From NCBI GenBank assembly GCA_963714975.1, contig CAVQQD010000003.1, positions 512,001 through 576,000 of the forward strand: a stretch of DNA of 64,000 nt, written 5' to 3'. The notes beneath the pieces are model-generated. The model saw only the letters and a program-made list of their open reading frames with translations. It was not told the DNA's origin and ran no database searches. The position numbers and the translations under genes were made by a program. Shown piece by piece: positions 62,177-64,000 of the stretch; the stretch's first letter is position 1; every line of letters begins with the position of its first letter. The DNA is from an uncultured Gammaproteobacteria bacterium. Its GTDB lineage: Bacteria; Pseudomonadota; Gammaproteobacteria; JAURND01.

Positions 62177-62719
62177 TTATCCAATTGGCTGGGGATAAAA
62201 CCAACATAACACGATTAATCCTGCAAAAGCCAAATAAGGCCCAAAGGGCATTGGTCTGTTTTTTTCTTGTTTTTTGCAGCATACCCTGATTCCACCAACC
62301 ACACTAGCTGAACAAGCAGCAATCCCCATAATCAAAATTAGCGCATCAGGCCCCAGCCACGCTCCCCACATTGCGAATAATTTTAAATCCCCATTGCCAA
62401 TGCCATCAATTCCCCGAAAAAACTTATAAAGAATAGCGACACTCCATAAACCAAAATACCCTAAACATAAACCATTAATTGCCGCAGCAGTGGGGACAAA
62501 TAAAGCAAATTCATTGACTATTAAGCCTAGCCAGATTAGAGGTAAGGTTACACTGTCTGGTAAAAGCTGATGGATTATATCAACATAGGAGAGCACCAAC
62601 AAACCCCACAGTAGTATTGTTATGGCACAGGCCCTGCAGGTCATGCCAAAGCGGGCAAAAATAACAATAGTTAAGCCAATCGTTAAAAAGCTGAGCAGAT
62701 AATTTTTCTTCAATATCAC
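62177..62719 (-). CDS. pilD: Prepilin peptidase (A24), short form
   Basis: VDIIHQLLPD, GNGDLKL and PFGPYLA motifs; GTGA overlap with pilC. Confidence 0.82.
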   Translation of the reverse strand: MILKKNYLLSFLTIGLTIVIFARFGMTCRACAITILLWGLLVLSYVDIIHQLLPDSVTLPLIWLGLIVNEFALFVPTAAAINGLCLGYFGLWSVAILYKFFRGIDGIGNGDLKLFAMWGAWLGPDALILIMGIAACSASVVGGIRVCCKKQEKNRPMPFGPYLAFAGLIVLCWFYPQPIG

Positions 62720-63924
62720 ATCACATATCCTAAATGAAATATGGGTAAATACATCGCAATGACTAATCCACCCACAATAATACATAAAACCAGCATCATT
62801 GCTGGCTCAATTAATTGCGTAATTCGCTCCACAGTATAGTTAATTGTGTGTTCGTAATAATCAGCCAGCTCCCTCAACATTTTTTCCAGATACCCAGCCT
62901 CTTCACCCAAGAGAATCATTTTTACAACTCGACTTGGAAACATATTTACCTGACTACAAGCAATCCCGAACGATTTCCCTGCTAGTATTTGCTTTTTTAT
63001 CTGTAAAATTGCGTATTCATAAGGAAAATTTCCAGACACTCTAGCAGTTGCTTCTAAAGCTTGAAACACGGGCAAGCCAGATTGCAGCATAAGCGCTAAG
63101 GTGGAAAAACAACGAGAAAAAATCGATGCTTTTATTAGTTTTCCAAGTAACGGAGTAGACAGCAATGCCTGTTGAACGTTCAGTTTAAATTTATCAGAAT
63201 AAATCCATAGGATTCTAAAACTAATAATAATTAATAGCGAAAAAATGCCGATCAAAATGCAATGATGATTTATCCAATTGGCAATGGCGATTATCATGCG
63301 AGTAAATAATGGCAAATCAGTATTCAAGCTGTGATACAAGTCAGCAAACTGTGGTAAAACAAACATTAACATTGCCATAATCACTAACCCTGTCACGATC
63401 AAAACAAATAGAGGATAATACAGCGCTTTTTTAATTTTTCTCTTGAAATCTCTCATTTTTTCCCGATACAAAAATATTTTTTCCAGCACGACGCCCAAAG
63501 TGCCCGATTGCTCTCCAGCATAAATAAGACTCAAGTCAGCCTGGTCAATCGTTCCTTGTGATTGCAATGCGTCGCTCAGTAAGCGGCCCGCTGCTATCTG
63601 CTGCTTAATGGCCAGCAAAAAATGTCGGTAATGGTTTTTATTGGCACTTTCAATAATGATAGTAAGCGCAGCTAGCAAGGGAATTCCTGCCGAAATAAGT
63701 AGAGCAGTTTCATGGTAAAAATCAGGAATATCCTGAAATGAAAATTTTTTTTTCCAATGAAAACTTCGCTGCGCAGCTAACAATATAATTTTTTGCTCGG
63801 CTAAGGATTGCCTTAGGCTCAACAAATTATTGGCAAAATTCTTTCCTTGAACTTTAAGGCCATTGGCAGCAATGCCTTCCCAGCGATAGATGAACCATTT
63901 CGCTATAATGTTTGAAAGCATCAT
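62716..63924 (-). CDS. pilC: Type IV pilus / T2SS platform protein PilC (GspF family)
   Basis: AGIPLL, GEQSG, ALYYP, GEEAG and AMYLPIF motifs. Confidence 0.88.
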   Translation of the reverse strand: MMLSNIIAKWFIYRWEGIAANGLKVQGKNFANNLLSLRQSLAEQKIILLAAQRSFHWKKKFSFQDIPDFYHETALLISAGIPLLAALTIIIESANKNHYRHFLLAIKQQIAAGRLLSDALQSQGTIDQADLSLIYAGEQSGTLGVVLEKIFLYREKMRDFKRKIKKALYYPLFVLIVTGLVIMAMLMFVLPQFADLYHSLNTDLPLFTRMIIAIANWINHHCILIGIFSLLIIISFRILWIYSDKFKLNVQQALLSTPLLGKLIKASIFSRCFSTLALMLQSGLPVFQALEATARVSGNFPYEYAILQIKKQILAGKSFGIACSQVNMFPSRVVKMILLGEEAGYLEKMLRELADYYEHTINYTVERITQLIEPAMMLVLCIIVGGLVIAMYLPIFHLGYVM

Positions 63925-64000
63925 TAGATTACTCTTGCAACTTCTTCTAAGCTGGTTATGCCAGAAAAAACTTTCTTCATTGCCGCCTCCCTTAATGTGA
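63924..64000 (-). CDS. pilB: PilB/GspE ATPase 3' end (partial, window edge)
   Basis: TLREAAMKKVFSGITSLEEVARVI*; precedes pilC. Confidence 0.8.
   Translation of the reverse strand, partial: TLREAAMKKVFSGITSLEEVARVI

Overview
Chromosomal window from a Legionellales-like (probably Coxiellaceae-related) gammaproteobacterium. It carries Dot/Icm type IVB secretion genes (icmV-dotA convergent with dotDCB; icmH/dotU-icmF) among housekeeping genes (ileS-lspA, pfk, xth, M17 aminopeptidase, fad cluster, rpe, gshA, erpA, hemJ, bioC-comF, coq7-coaE-pilD-pilC-pilB), plus many orphan effector-like ORFs. Intergenic DNA is dense with hairpin repeats and at least three MITE families with clear target-site duplications. 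Main findings: (1) an intact IS110 element inserted at an AT core inside a MITE terminal repeat, with a bridge RNA in its left end whose four guide segments match the target and donor junctions; (2) a ~105-bp palindromic repeat inserted in frame in icmF; (3) candidate effectors with eukaryote-like features: a circularly permuted PP2C phosphatase, a tandem paralog pair with cyclin-type D-boxes (one also with a CaaX box), an F-box protein, a UIM protein and a possible MavL/Larg1-like macrodomain protein. Frameshifts and a stop in the first 4.3 kb, and probably the dotA frameshift, look like assembly errors. All calls are by eye; no searches were run.
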